Shown here: piece by piece, positions 53,786-64,000 of the stretch
Layout: every line of letters begins with the position of its first letter
Numbering within the stretch: position 1 is the stretch's first letter
NCBI GenBank assembly: GCA_963764625.1
Contig: CAVXTH010000006.1
Location: 672,001-736,000, forward strand
Reading direction: 5' to 3'
Length of the DNA: 64,000 nt
Origin: Candidatus Krumholzibacteriota bacterium
GTDB taxonomy: Bacteria; Krumholzibacteriota; Krumholzibacteriia; JAJRXK01
Made by a program: the position numbers and the translations under genes
The notes under the pieces: model-generated
Databases searched by the model: none
Told to the model about the DNA's origin: nothing
The model's input: the letters and a program-made list of their open reading frames with translations, nothing else

Positions 53786-54245
53786 AGGGACGATTCTCGG
53801 ATCGAGTCTGCCCCCGTGGGCCTACATTCTGTTGGCCGGACTGGCGGTTCAGATTCTCAAGTTTGCGCTCTACTGGCTGGTACGGCGCAAGAGGAACCTG
53901 CGGTATCTGGTTTCCTCGAACGGGTTCCCCAGTCTGCACGCGGTCGTGTTCGCCTGTTTGGCGACCATGATCTTCAGGGTGCGGGGGGGGCAAGATCCGG
54001 CCTACAATGCCGTTTTGATCTATGGCGCTATCATTCTTCACGACGCCATGAGAGTGAAAGGACGAGTCGAGCAGGGGAGAAATCTCGCCTTCGCGGTGGC
54101 GCAGCGGCTTCAGAACCGCCTCGCCCGCCGCTTCTCCTTCGGCGAGTTGCTGCTCGGCGGCCGCTTCAACCATCGTCCCACCCACGTGCTGGTGGGCATC
54201 ATCATGGGAGTTCTGCTGGGCCTGGGGTACCGCTATCTGCCCTGA
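53775..54245 (+). CDS. Divergent PAP2 family (DUF212) membrane protein
   Basis: QILK...GFPSLHA...HDA...V...QG...H.P.HVL.G pattern; ispA-DUF212-dxs synteny. Confidence 0.8.
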   Translation: MGAEGTILGSSLPPWAYILLAGLAVQILKFALYWLVRRKRNLRYLVSSNGFPSLHAVVFACLATMIFRVRGGQDPAYNAVLIYGAIILHDAMRVKGRVEQGRNLAFAVAQRLQNRLARRFSFGELLLGGRFNHRPTHVLVGIIMGVLLGLGYRYLP

Positions 54246-54342
54246 ACCTAGTCCCTTGGCGGAATCTGAGCCCTGCGATAGAGTGCGAGAACCGAATCCA
54301 CCGGACTCGGGATCCGGAGACGTGGAAGAGAGGTAGAAAGCG

Positions 54343-56277
54343 ATGGCTCCCATTCTCCCCGGAATCGAATCACCGGACCAACTCTCCGGGCTGAGCCCCG
54401 AAGAGCTCCGTCAGCTCGCAGAGGAACTCCGCGCGGAGATCCTGAGGGTCGTGAGTGGAATCGGGGGCCACCTCGGCGCCAGCCTGGGCGTGGCCGAGCT
54501 CACGGTGGCCTTGCACCACACCTTCGATTCCCCTCGCGACAAGATCGTGTGGGACGTGGGGCATCAGGCCTATGGCCACAAGTTGCTCACCGGACGGCGC
54601 GAGCAGTTCAGCAGCATCCGCCAATTCGGCGGGATCTCGGGCTTTCCCAAGCGAAGCGAGAGCGAGCACGACACCTTTGGAGTCGGGCACGCCTCGACCG
54701 CCATTTCCGCTGCACTTGGATACTGCAAGGCACGCGACCTTCGCCGGGAACGGCACCACGTGGTCGCGGTGGTCGGTGACGGAGCTCTCACCGGAGGAAT
54801 TGCCTACGAGGGAATGAACAACGCCGGCCAGCTCGACAGCGATCTCATCGTCGTGCTCAACGACAACGAGATGTCGATCTCGCGCAACGTGGGCGCAATG
54901 AGTCGCTATCTCACGCAAATCACCTCTGGCCGCGTGTACACCGCCATGGAGGCCGAAGTCTTCAAGCTGCTCGGCAAGTTGCCCGCCGGCACCAAGGCCC
55001 AGGATCTGGCGGGACGGGTCAAGGAAGCGCTGAAGACCCTGATGGTTCCGGGACAACTCTTCGAATCGCTGGGCTTCCGCTACTTCGGCCCGCTCGACGG
55101 CTACGACATCGATCTCCTGGTGAATACTTTCGAACAGGTGAAGAAGCTGAAGGGTCCCACGCTTCTTCACGTCATCACGCGAAAGGGGAAGGGCTATTCC
55201 TTCGCGGAGGAGGACGCCACCAAGTACCACGGGGTCTCGCGCTTCGATCCCAAGGAAGGCCTGGCGAGCTCTCCGAAGTCCAAGGGGGCCCCCAGCTATA
55301 CCTCCGTCTTCGGCCGCACCCTGGTCGAAATGGCGCGCAAGGATCGCCGCGTGGTGGCCATCACGGCCGCGATGCCCGACGGCACCGGCCTCATGAACTT
55401 CGCCAGCGAGTTTCCCGACCGCTTCTTCGACGTGGGAATCGCCGAGCAGCACGCGGTCACCTTCGCCGCCGGCCTGGCCTGTCGCCAGATGAAACCGGTG
55501 TGTGCCATCTACTCGACCTTCTTGCAGCGGGCCTACGATCAGCTGATTCACGATGTCGCGCTGCAAAAGCTGAACGTCTTCTTCGCGCTGGATCGCGCGG
55601 GACTGGTCGGAGCGGACGGGCCCACCCATCACGGTGCCTTCGATCTCTCGTATCTGCGCGCCGTGCCCAACCTGGTGATCATGGCGCCCAAGGACGAAAA
55701 CGAACTTCAGCGCATGGTCGCGACCGGCCTTGCCTACGACGCGGGTCCAATCGCGGTGCGCTATCCTCGCGGCGCGGGACCGGGCGTGGCCCTGGAGAAG
55801 CACTACAAGCCGCTCGAGATCGGCAAAGCAGAAGTGCTGCGCAAGGGGGACGAGGTGCTGCTGATCGGAATCGGGTTCGGAGTCCAGTTGGCGCTCGACA
55901 CAGCTCAGCTCCTGCAGGAGGCGCAGCTGAGCACGACCGTGGTGAACGCCCGTTTCGTGAAACCTCTCGATCAGGATCTGCTTCTGGAGCAGGCCTCGAA
56001 CCACCGCATAGTGGTGACGATCGAAGAGAATACTCTGGCGGGAGGATTCGGATCCGCGGTTCTGGAGCTGCTCCACGAGAATCTCAAACAGCCCCCGCGC
56101 GTGTTTCGCTTCGGTCTTCCCGATCGCTTCCAGCACCACGGCTCCCCCCAGCAGCTCCATGAGCAATGCGGACTGAGTGCTCCTGCGATCGCACAGGAGA
56201 TTCGCAACCGTCTGCAGCTCGATGACCGCTGGATTGACCTCGGTCACCACCGCCGCTCGAAGAATCAAGAGGGTTGA
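54343..56277 (+). CDS. dxs: 1-deoxy-D-xylulose-5-phosphate synthase
   Basis: GGHLGASLG, WDVGHQ, GDGA, NDNEMSI, GIAEQHA and DRAGLVGADGPTH motifs. Confidence 0.99.
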   Translation: MAPILPGIESPDQLSGLSPEELRQLAEELRAEILRVVSGIGGHLGASLGVAELTVALHHTFDSPRDKIVWDVGHQAYGHKLLTGRREQFSSIRQFGGISGFPKRSESEHDTFGVGHASTAISAALGYCKARDLRRERHHVVAVVGDGALTGGIAYEGMNNAGQLDSDLIVVLNDNEMSISRNVGAMSRYLTQITSGRVYTAMEAEVFKLLGKLPAGTKAQDLAGRVKEALKTLMVPGQLFESLGFRYFGPLDGYDIDLLVNTFEQVKKLKGPTLLHVITRKGKGYSFAEEDATKYHGVSRFDPKEGLASSPKSKGAPSYTSVFGRTLVEMARKDRRVVAITAAMPDGTGLMNFASEFPDRFFDVGIAEQHAVTFAAGLACRQMKPVCAIYSTFLQRAYDQLIHDVALQKLNVFFALDRAGLVGADGPTHHGAFDLSYLRAVPNLVIMAPKDENELQRMVATGLAYDAGPIAVRYPRGAGPGVALEKHYKPLEIGKAEVLRKGDEVLLIGIGFGVQLALDTAQLLQEAQLSTTVVNARFVKPLDQDLLLEQASNHRIVVTIEENTLAGGFGSAVLELLHENLKQPPRVFRFGLPDRFQHHGSPQQLHEQCGLSAPAIAQEIRNRLQLDDRWIDLGHHRRSKNQEG

Positions 56278-56295
56278 GAACCTCAGAGGAGCGAC

Positions 56296-57201
56296 ATGCT
56301 CACACGAATCGGGCTCATCGCGAATCTCACAAAACCCAGCGTCCGCGACGCGGTACACGTTTGCCGTAGAGAGCTCATGACCCACGGGTTTCAGCCCGTG
56401 ATGAGTCAGACCATGGCCGCGCAGCTCGAGCTGAAGGGCCCAGTGGTGAAGCAGGAGGAGATGCCACGTTTCGTCGACGCGATCATCACGCTTGGCGGCG
56501 ATGGGACCTTTCTCATGGCTGCGCGTCTGGTGGGCAAGGACAGGATTCCCCTCCTGGGCATCAACCTGGGAAGTCTGGGCTTCTTGGCCGAAGTTCGTCA
56601 CGAAGAGATCGCCAGCGCGATCAGCACTCTGGCCGACGGCAACTATCGGATCGAGAAGCGGCGGAAAGTGAGCGCGTCGGTCCTCCGCGGCGGGGAAGTG
56701 GTGTGCGAACTCACGGCCCTGAACGACGCGGTCCTGAACATGGGCGCGACGCCCCGGGTGCTCGATCTGGAAGTGAAGGTGAACTCCACCTCCCTCGGAC
56801 GTTATCTGGCCGATGGGCTCATCGTTTCCACTCCCACCGGGAGCACCGCGTATTCGCTCTCTGCCGGCGGACCCATCGTCGACCCGTCCATGGACGCCCT
56901 CTTGATCACGCCGATTTGTGCGCACAGTCTGGCCATTCGACCGCTCCTGTTACACCACAACCATCCCCTGGAGATTCTCCTCCACGACTGTCCCGACGGA
57001 GTCCTCTCGGCCGACGGACAACTGCTGCAACACGTCGTCACCGGAGATCGCATCTCTTTCCGGCGCGCCCACGAACCCGCTTACCTCATCCGACTACCCC
57101 GGCGCAATTTCTTCGAGATCATACGAGAAAAACTGCGTTGGGGGGGGACGCCTCGAACTCTCAACGAAGGTCGCGACGACGGCGATTGCGACGGAGACTG
57201 A
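56296..57201 (+). CDS. nadK: NAD(+) kinase
   Basis: GGDGT, GINLGSLGFL, LND and STPTGSTAYSLSAGGP motifs. Confidence 0.97.
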   Translation: MLTRIGLIANLTKPSVRDAVHVCRRELMTHGFQPVMSQTMAAQLELKGPVVKQEEMPRFVDAIITLGGDGTFLMAARLVGKDRIPLLGINLGSLGFLAEVRHEEIASAISTLADGNYRIEKRRKVSASVLRGGEVVCELTALNDAVLNMGATPRVLDLEVKVNSTSLGRYLADGLIVSTPTGSTAYSLSAGGPIVDPSMDALLITPICAHSLAIRPLLLHHNHPLEILLHDCPDGVLSADGQLLQHVVTGDRISFRRAHEPAYLIRLPRRNFFEIIREKLRWGGTPRTLNEGRDDGDCDGD

Positions 57202-57205
57202 AGCC

Positions 57206-58921
57206 GTGCTCCGGGAACTCCGACTCAAGAACCTGGCCATCGCGCGGGATGTGTCCGTCGTCTTCGGCCCGGGGCTCAACGCCCTGAGCGGCAGCACCGG
57301 CGCGGGGAAGTCTCTGGTGGTGGAGGCGGTCCGCTGGTTGCGCGGAGAGAAGACCGATCCCGGTTTGATTCGCGCCGGGGAGGATTGGGCGTGCGCCGAG
57401 GCGGTTTTCGATCTACAGCAACGGCCCGAGATCGCACGCGCACTCTTCGAACTGGGGATGACCCCGTCCGAAGATGGCGTCCTTTGCCTGCGGCGTGAGC
57501 TCCGACGCGAAGGGCGCTCCCGCGCTTTCCTCGACGGCCGGCTCACCTCGGCCAATCACCTGCAGGCGGTTTGCGAACATCTTCTCGAGCTGTTCAGCCA
57601 GCATCAGCAGACCCAGATTCTCGAGCCCTCGCGCCACCGGCAGTTGTTGGACGATTGCGGCGTATCGGTCGAGCTGTGTGCTGAATGGAACGAGGCCTAC
57701 GTCCGCTATCGCAAGTGCCAACAGGAGCTGTGGGCCTGGCAGAAACGACGCGAAGAGTTTCTCGCGCAGCGGGAGATTCTCCTCTTTCAGCGGCGCGAGC
57801 TCGAAGAGGCCGACTTGAGCGAAGGGGAATTGGAGCGATTGCGCGAACGCGTGACGCTTTTGACCGAGGGCGCCCAAATTCTCCAGGCCGCGCAGGCCGC
57901 GTTGTCCCGGCTCGAAACGGACGAAGGAGGAGCTGTCTCGGAGCTTTCGAGCGCGATCCAGTCGCTGGACCGGGTGGGAGACGCCATCGCCTCGGTCTTC
58001 GAGGCCAAGGAATCGCTGCATCAAGCACTCGAACTCGCGAGCGATGCCTCCCGGGAACTGGAGCGCTTCCTCGACACCGCCGATTTCAATCCGGACGACC
58101 TGGATGCTGACCAGGCGCGCCTGTCTCAACTCGAATCGCTGTGCCGCAAGTACTCGCGGAGCGAGAGCGAGTTGCTCCGTCTCCTGGAGAAGCTCGCGAC
58201 GCAACTCGACGCCGAGGATTGGGAAGAAGCGCAGCCGCAGCGCCTTCTCTTACCGTTGAATACGTCCATTGCCGAGTTGGAAGAGATTGGAACTCGGCTG
58301 TGGAAGGAACGCCGGCGGGTGGCGCGGCGCGTTTCCACCAACGCCGAGCAGCTGCTAAAGGAGCTGGGAATGACCGAGGCCGAACTGAAGTTCGAGTTCG
58401 ATCTGAAGCCGGATCCCGAGGGACCGCTGAAAGTGGCTGGAGTTCGCGTCACCCCGACGCCGGAGGGACCAGGGACGGTCCGGCTGCTAGTGCGCACCAA
58501 CCGCGGCGAGACTCTGGGACCGATCGAGAAAATCGCCAGCGGGGGAGAGCTGAGTCGGATCAGCCTCGTGCTGCAGACTCTCGCCGTCCAGGGCACGCAT
58601 CCCGCCCTTCTCATTCTCGACGAAGTCGACGCCGGGGTGGGGGCCGACCTCGGTCCCGCTCTCGCGCGGCGACTCTCGGTCATGGCGGATACCCTGCAGG
58701 TCCTGGTCATCACCCATCTTCCCGCGGTCGCCGCCGCCGCGTCCACCCACCTGGTGGCCCGAAAAGAGGCTAGTGGCCAGCGCACCCTCTCCCGCATCGA
58801 TGCCGTCCAAACCGAGGACCGTCTCAGCGAGCTGAGTCGCATGGTCGGTGGCGAAAAGCGCGCGGCGCGTGAAGTGGCGCGCGGGCTCTTGCGCAGTACC
58901 CAGGCAAGAGCGGGATCATGA
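57206..58921 (+). CDS. recN: DNA repair protein RecN
   Basis: GTG start (MLRELRLKN); GSTGAGKS, coiled coil, ASGGELSR, LDEVD and ITHLP motifs. Confidence 0.95.
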   Translation: MLRELRLKNLAIARDVSVVFGPGLNALSGSTGAGKSLVVEAVRWLRGEKTDPGLIRAGEDWACAEAVFDLQQRPEIARALFELGMTPSEDGVLCLRRELRREGRSRAFLDGRLTSANHLQAVCEHLLELFSQHQQTQILEPSRHRQLLDDCGVSVELCAEWNEAYVRYRKCQQELWAWQKRREEFLAQREILLFQRRELEEADLSEGELERLRERVTLLTEGAQILQAAQAALSRLETDEGGAVSELSSAIQSLDRVGDAIASVFEAKESLHQALELASDASRELERFLDTADFNPDDLDADQARLSQLESLCRKYSRSESELLRLLEKLATQLDAEDWEEAQPQRLLLPLNTSIAELEEIGTRLWKERRRVARRVSTNAEQLLKELGMTEAELKFEFDLKPDPEGPLKVAGVRVTPTPEGPGTVRLLVRTNRGETLGPIEKIASGGELSRISLVLQTLAVQGTHPALLILDEVDAGVGADLGPALARRLSVMADTLQVLVITHLPAVAAAASTHLVARKEASGQRTLSRIDAVQTEDRLSELSRMVGGEKRAAREVARGLLRSTQARAGS

Positions 58922-60405
58922 GCGTTCGCGCGGACTCTCCCAGCGCGCGCCGCTTTTCCACCCTGGCTGGCCGCTACAACCTCGTTCCCGTGGTGCGAGA
59001 GCTCATGGGGGATCTCGAGACGCCCCTGTCGGCCCTCTTGAAACTGAGAGCCACCGGAGAGCGGAGCTTCCTGTTGGAGAGCGTGGAGGGCGGCGAGAAC
59101 TGGGGACGCTACTCCATCCTGGGCGTGGCGCCCTCCGGCCGCTTTCGCGCGCGCGGGGATCGCGTGACCATCGAGTGGAAAGGACGCGAGCGGGTCCTGC
59201 GGGCAGCCGACCCCCTCCAGGCACTGGCGCGATGGCTGAAGCGCTTTCGCCCCGCACCGGTGGAGGGCCTGCCGCGCTTTTTCGGCGGCGCGGTGGGAAG
59301 CATCTCCTACGATGCGATTCGTTCGATCGAGAACATTCCGGACCGTCACCGTACCCAGGATGATCCCGATGAACTCGACTTCTTTCTCGTCACCGATCTG
59401 GTGGTCTTCGACAATCTCAGCAAGCGCATGAAGCTCGTCGCGTGCGCAACGATCAAGAGCGATGCACGCGCGGCCTATCACGAGGCGGTGGCGCGGCTGG
59501 ACGCCTTGGAGACCGCGCTGCGCGCGCCTCTCCCGCAACCACTGCCCCCGCGTCCGGCGCGGAGTCCCCACTTTCGTTCCTCCACCACGAAGCAATCATT
59601 TTGTGCGGCGGTGAAACGAGCCACCGAGTACATCCGTGCCGGCGACTGCTTCCAGATCGTTCTGAGTCGCGAGCTGCGTTGCCGCTGCGCCGCCAGTGCG
59701 CTCGAAGTCTATCGCGCGCTCCGGGTCATCAATCCCAGCCCCTACATGTTCTATTTCGACTACGGTGAACGGCAGCTGGTGGGAGCCTCTCCCGAAGTCC
59801 TGGTTCGAGTCGAAGACGGACGCGCCGAGGTGAGACCGATTGCGGGAACCAGAACTCGCGGACGATCTTCAGCCGAAGATGAAGCGCTCATCCGAGAGCT
59901 CCTGGCCGATGAGAAAGAGCGGGCGGAGCACGTGATGTTGGTCGATTTGGGGCGCAACGACTTGGGACGAGTTTGCCGCTTCGGAAGTATACGGACCGAC
60001 GAGTTGATGGTGGTGGAGAAGTATAGTCACGTCATCCACCTGGTGAGCCACGTCACCGGAGAGCTACGGCGGGATCGGGATTGCTTCGACGCCCTGGCCG
60101 CGTGCTTTCCCGCAGGAACCGTATCGGGTGCGCCCAAGATTCGCGCCATGGAGCTCATCGACGAGTTGGAGACCTGCCGTCGGGGCGCCTACGCCGGAGC
60201 CGTCGGGTATATTTCTTTCGCGGGAGCCATGGATACCTGCATCGCGATCCGTACCATGGTGAAAGAGGGAGGCATCGCGCGGCTGGGAGTCGGAGCGGGA
60301 ATCGTTCTCGATAGTCAACCCGCGCGCGAGTTCGAGGAGACGAACGAAAAGGCAGGAGCCCTCAGGCAGGCCATCGAGTGGGCCGAGAGAGGGGAGTTGC
60401 AGTGA
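58918..60405 (+). CDS. trpE: Anthranilate synthase component I
   Basis: LLES...GRYS, NPSPYM, SPE, PIAGT, EHVMLVDLGRND and GAPKIRAM motifs. Confidence 0.97.
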   Translation: MSVRADSPSARRFSTLAGRYNLVPVVRELMGDLETPLSALLKLRATGERSFLLESVEGGENWGRYSILGVAPSGRFRARGDRVTIEWKGRERVLRAADPLQALARWLKRFRPAPVEGLPRFFGGAVGSISYDAIRSIENIPDRHRTQDDPDELDFFLVTDLVVFDNLSKRMKLVACATIKSDARAAYHEAVARLDALETALRAPLPQPLPPRPARSPHFRSSTTKQSFCAAVKRATEYIRAGDCFQIVLSRELRCRCAASALEVYRALRVINPSPYMFYFDYGERQLVGASPEVLVRVEDGRAEVRPIAGTRTRGRSSAEDEALIRELLADEKERAEHVMLVDLGRNDLGRVCRFGSIRTDELMVVEKYSHVIHLVSHVTGELRRDRDCFDALAACFPAGTVSGAPKIRAMELIDELETCRRGAYAGAVGYISFAGAMDTCIAIRTMVKEGGIARLGVGAGIVLDSQPAREFEETNEKAGALRQAIEWAERGELQ

Positions 60406-60995
60406 AATCCGGCGCTCAAAATCCTCTCGTCCTCGTCCTGGACAACTACGACAGTTTCACCTTCAACCTGGTGCAATACCTGGGTGAGCTCGGCGCGCGG
60501 GTCGAGGTGCGGCGAAACGACGAGATCAGCGTGGCGGGCATTCGCCGCCTCAAGCCGGCTGGCCTTCTCGTCTCTCCGGGACCGGGGACTCCGGATGACG
60601 CGGGGGTGAGCCTGGACGCGATCTCCCAGCTGGCGGGAAAGATGCCCATCCTGGGAGTGTGTCTCGGCCACCAGGCGCTCGCTCAGGCGTTCGGGGGGAC
60701 GATCGGGCAGGCGAATCACATTCTCCACGGGAAGACCTCGGAGGTGATACACGGGGCAAAGGGGATTTTCAGCGGGATGAAGAATCCCTTCATCGCCACC
60801 CGCTATCACAGTCTGGAAGTTCCGCGAGCGGGACTCCCGTCCGACTTCGAAGTCGTGGCGTGGACCGCCGACGACGAGATCATGGCGATCAAACACAAGC
60901 AGAGCGAGAGCTGGGGGGTCCAATTCCACCCCGAGTCCATTCTCACCGAGGATGGCATCCAGATTTTGCGCAACTGGCTGGAGTCGTGCCGATGA
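60402..60995 (+). CDS. trpG: Anthranilate synthase component II (glutamine amidotransferase)
   Basis: DNYDSFT, SPGPG, GVCLGHQ, RYHSL and QFHPES motifs. Confidence 0.96.
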   Translation: MKSGAQNPLVLVLDNYDSFTFNLVQYLGELGARVEVRRNDEISVAGIRRLKPAGLLVSPGPGTPDDAGVSLDAISQLAGKMPILGVCLGHQALAQAFGGTIGQANHILHGKTSEVIHGAKGIFSGMKNPFIATRYHSLEVPRAGLPSDFEVVAWTADDEIMAIKHKQSESWGVQFHPESILTEDGIQILRNWLESCR

Positions 60996-62041
60996 GTCAG
61001 GACGAAAGGCACTCCGTCGATCTGGGCGGCTCATTGCGTCTTGCGTTGCAAGGCAAAGACCTCGATCAACAGAGCGCCCGAGGGGTGATGGAGACCATCC
61101 TCGAAGGTAGGGCTACCGCGCCCTGGATTGCCGGTTGGTTGGTCGCTCTCAGACAAAAGGGCGAGAGCGTCGACGAGATCATCGGTTTCGTACTCGCGCT
61201 TCGCGCACACGCCGATCTCATTCAATGTACCCAGGAGCCCCTGGTCGACACCTGTGGCACCGGGGGCGACCGCGCGCACACCTTCAACATCTCTACCGGC
61301 GCGGCACTGGTGGCGGCGGGGGCGGGGGCCCATGTCGCCAAGCACGGCAACCGTTCGGTGAGCAGCCGCTGCGGAAGCGCGGACGTGATGGAAGCGTTGG
61401 GAGCTACGCTCGAAGTGCCCAAGGAGGAGGTGCGGCGGGCGATCGACGAGATCGGGTTTGGGTTTCTCTTCGCTCCCCGGCACCACTCGGCCCTGAAGCA
61501 CGCGGTCGAGCCCAGGAAGGCGCTCGGCGTACGCACCGCCTTCAACCTCCTGGGACCTCTGGTGAACCCGGCCGCGGCCCCGTACCAACTCATCGGAGTC
61601 TACGACGGTACGCTGCTGCCGAAGCTGGGCGAGGTCCTGCGGGGTCTGGGGACGCGGCGGGCTCTCCTGGTGCACGGCGAAGACGGTCTCGACGAACTGA
61701 GCGTGTGCGCTCCCAGTCGCACCCTCTTGGTCGACGGTGAGTTGACGGAAGGACGCGTCGATCCGGCCGAGTTTGGTCTGGGACCCCATCCCGCCCGGGC
61801 GCTTGCTGGGGGCGACGCGCGCCAGAACGCCGCCATTCTCAACGAGGTGCTTGGGGGAGAGAAGGGTCCGGCGCGCGACGCGATCGTCCTGAATGCGGGG
61901 GCGGCGCTTCACGTGGCAGGCCTGGCGGAGAACTTGAGGGAGGGAATCGAACGGGCGAAGCAGAGCCTCGACCGCAAAGAGGCGCTGCGCGTGCTCCACG
62001 AGTACCGACGATTCACTCAAGAGTGCGGGGGCAACGCGTGA
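60992..62041 (+). CDS. trpD: Anthranilate phosphoribosyltransferase
   Basis: DTCGTGGD, FNIST, KHGNR and GLDE motifs; ATGA overlap with trpG. Confidence 0.97.
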   Translation: MSQDERHSVDLGGSLRLALQGKDLDQQSARGVMETILEGRATAPWIAGWLVALRQKGESVDEIIGFVLALRAHADLIQCTQEPLVDTCGTGGDRAHTFNISTGAALVAAGAGAHVAKHGNRSVSSRCGSADVMEALGATLEVPKEEVRRAIDEIGFGFLFAPRHHSALKHAVEPRKALGVRTAFNLLGPLVNPAAAPYQLIGVYDGTLLPKLGEVLRGLGTRRALLVHGEDGLDELSVCAPSRTLLVDGELTEGRVDPAEFGLGPHPARALAGGDARQNAAILNEVLGGEKGPARDAIVLNAGAALHVAGLAENLREGIERAKQSLDRKEALRVLHEYRRFTQECGGNA

Positions 62042-62850
62042 GCCAGCACCTGGAGAAGATTCTCGCGTCGGTGGCGGCGCGTCTGGTGCAGCGGCGTAAA
62101 GAGGTGCCGATGGCCGCGCTCGCGCAACGCTACGCGGAGCTGGCGCCCACTCGATCGTTAGAGGCGGCCTTGCGCCGCCCCGGCAAGGGGGGAAGCGACC
62201 CCGCGCCGCTGCGGGTCATCGGGGAGCTCAAGCGCAAGTCCCCTTCGGCCGGGGCCATACGGGACGAGCTCGATGCTTCCCAGCTCGCGCGAGAACTGGA
62301 AGCGGCGGGATGTAGAGCGCTCTCGGTTCTCACCGAAGAGGAGCACTTCGGCGGAAGCCTCCAGAGTCTGGCCTCGGCCCGTTCCGCGGTCGATCTTCCG
62401 CTGCTGCGCAAGGACTTCATCGTCGACCCCTACCAGCTACTGGAAGCGCGGGTGTCGGGTGCGGACGCGGTCCTGCTCCTGGCCGCGGTGCTACCCGATG
62501 AACTCCTCCTCGCGTTCCGGGACCGAGCGGCGGAGTGGGGAATGGAGGTCCTCGCGGAGGCGCACGGGGCCCATGAGCTGGAGCGGATCCTCGAGCTGGA
62601 CCTGCCTCTGGTAGGGTGTAACGCACGTGATTTAAGAACATTCGAGGTTGATCTTCACAAGGCACTCGAACTCTGTGCCCAGGTTCCCCCCGAGAGGGTG
62701 TGCGTGGTGGAAAGCGGAATTCTCGAGCCCGAGCAGGCCCGCCTCGCGAGCGTCAGTCCGGTGGACGCGGCCCTGGTCGGGGAGGGACTCATGCGCGGCG
62801 CGAGCCCCGGCCGGCGTTTCGCCGAGCTCTTCGGGGAGGGTCCCCGATGA
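62038..62850 (+). CDS. trpC: Indole-3-glycerol phosphate synthase
   Basis: ELKRKSPS, SVLTE, LRKDF, NARDL and ESG motifs. Confidence 0.96.
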   Translation: MSQHLEKILASVAARLVQRRKEVPMAALAQRYAELAPTRSLEAALRRPGKGGSDPAPLRVIGELKRKSPSAGAIRDELDASQLARELEAAGCRALSVLTEEEHFGGSLQSLASARSAVDLPLLRKDFIVDPYQLLEARVSGADAVLLLAAVLPDELLLAFRDRAAEWGMEVLAEAHGAHELERILELDLPLVGCNARDLRTFEVDLHKALELCAQVPPERVCVVESGILEPEQARLASVSPVDAALVGEGLMRGASPGRRFAELFGEGPR

Positions 62851-63479
62851 AGCAGGTTCGGGTGAAGATCTGTGGACTGACGAGAGCGGAGGATGCCCAC
62901 TGCGCGCTCCGGCATGGCGCGAGCTACTTGGGGTTCGTTTTCGCGGAGAGCCCCCGGCGGGTGGATCCCGAGGACATCGCGCCCTGGGTGGACGAGCTGC
63001 GCCAGGAAGCCGAGCTGGTGGGCGTGTTTCGCGACCAGTCGCCAGATGAGGTGGCGCGCATCGTGGAGGCGCTCGATCTCGATCTGGTGCAGCTCCACGG
63101 GAGCGAGAGTGGCGAGGCGTGGCGGCAACTTCCGGTCCGTTTGATCGAAGCGAGGGGAGTGAGCGAGAGCCGGGTCGCTCCGTCGCGACTGCAGGATACC
63201 GCCTGGGCGACCCTCCTGGACAGCATCTCCAGTGCGGGAGGGGGGAGTGGCCAGGTGTTTCCCTGGCGCCATGCGGTGGCCCTGGCCAAGCGCAGACGGG
63301 TGTTTCTCGCGGGTGGACTGACCCCGTCGAACGTGGGGAAGGCGATCGCGCAGGTTCATCCTTTCGCGGTGGACGTGTCGAGCGGAGTCGAGAGTGAACC
63401 CGGCCACAAGGACCCAGCCAAGCTCGCGGCGTTCTTGCAAGCGGTACGCGCGTGCGACACGGGGAAGGAAGGGCAATGA
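62847..63479 (+). CDS. trpF: Phosphoribosylanthranilate isomerase
   Basis: VKICGL, QLHGSE, GGSG, LAGGL and DVSSGVE motifs. Confidence 0.96.
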   Translation: MKQVRVKICGLTRAEDAHCALRHGASYLGFVFAESPRRVDPEDIAPWVDELRQEAELVGVFRDQSPDEVARIVEALDLDLVQLHGSESGEAWRQLPVRLIEARGVSESRVAPSRLQDTAWATLLDSISSAGGGSGQVFPWRHAVALAKRRRVFLAGGLTPSNVGKAIAQVHPFAVDVSSGVESEPGHKDPAKLAAFLQAVRACDTGKEGQ

Positions 63480-64000
63480 GCACCGGCGAATCCGAATTCG
63501 TATTCGACGAAAACCTGGGAGAGGATGGCCGCTTCGGTCCCTTCGGAGGGCAGTACATGCCCGAGACGCTGATGGGTCCTCTCGAAGAGCTGGAGCGCGC
63601 GTTTCACGCCGCACGCAAAGACGAGAGCTTCGCCCTCGAGTTGAAGGATCTGCTGGAGAATTACGCAGGCCGTCCCACGGCCCTGACTTTTGCCCGTCGT
63701 CTGAGCGCGCACTACGCGAGCGCGCCGATCTGGTTGAAGCGGGAGGATCTCGCCCACACCGGAGCCCACAAGATCAACAACGCGCTGGGACAGGTGCTTC
63801 TTGCCAAGCGCATGAAGAAGACGCGGATCATCGCCGAAACCGGGGCGGGGCAGCATGGTGTTGCCACCGCGACCGCGTGCGCTGCCCTGGGACTCTCCTG
63901 CGCGGTCTACATGGGTACGCTCGACATGAAGAGGCAGGCCCTGAACGTCTATCGCATGCGCCTTCTGGGCGCCGAGGTGATCGCCGTCGACAGCGGATCT
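63476..64000 (+). CDS. trpB: Tryptophan synthase beta chain, runs off the right edge
   Basis: [35 protein letters not shown] and AETGAGQHG motifs. Confidence 0.97.
   Translation, partial: MSTGESEFVFDENLGEDGRFGPFGGQYMPETLMGPLEELERAFHAARKDESFALELKDLLENYAGRPTALTFARRLSAHYASAPIWLKREDLAHTGAHKINNALGQVLLAKRMKKTRIIAETGAGQHGVATATACAALGLSCAVYMGTLDMKRQALNVYRMRLLGAEVIAVDSGS

Overview
High-GC bacterial chromosome segment. A FlgD-Ig/'PNPFNP' C-terminal sorting-type domain and a Bacteroidota-style short sigma factor suggest an FCB-group candidate lineage (inference only). Positions ~1-39.5 kb hold a large, modular surface-glycan locus: two divergent AsnB-type amidotransferases, an acetyltransferase, a divergent MurB-MurA pair, a flippase, a GT-C-like membrane protein, eight GT4 and two GT2 glycosyltransferases, a dTMP-kinase-like/nucleotide-pyrophosphatase pair, a methyltransferase, a radical SAM enzyme, a secreted metallophosphoesterase-FGE-CTD protein, RfbD, DegT, a priming sugar transferase and a Gfo/Idh/MocA oxidoreductase. 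Interspersed are a penicillin acylase, a CrtE-like prenyl synthase, a SPOR lipoprotein and tRNA-Gly/Cys/Leu. Positions ~39.5-64 kb are housekeeping: dnaK (apparent sigma54 promoter with enhancer), a sigma-70 factor behind a long structured leader, moaDE, tRNA-Val, thrS, L20 leader-infC (ATC start)-rpmI-rplT, pheST, zapA, 6S RNA, ymdB-like, folD, ispA, DUF212, dxs, nadK, recN and trpEGDCFB (trpB partial). No CRISPR, integrase, transposase or reverse transcriptase was seen. The best leads for novelty are the MurAB/AsnB/GT-C glycan-modification cassette, the unassigned structured RNA upstream of the sigma factor, and the sigma54-enhancer architecture at dnaK. All calls were made by eye; no searches or folding programs were run.
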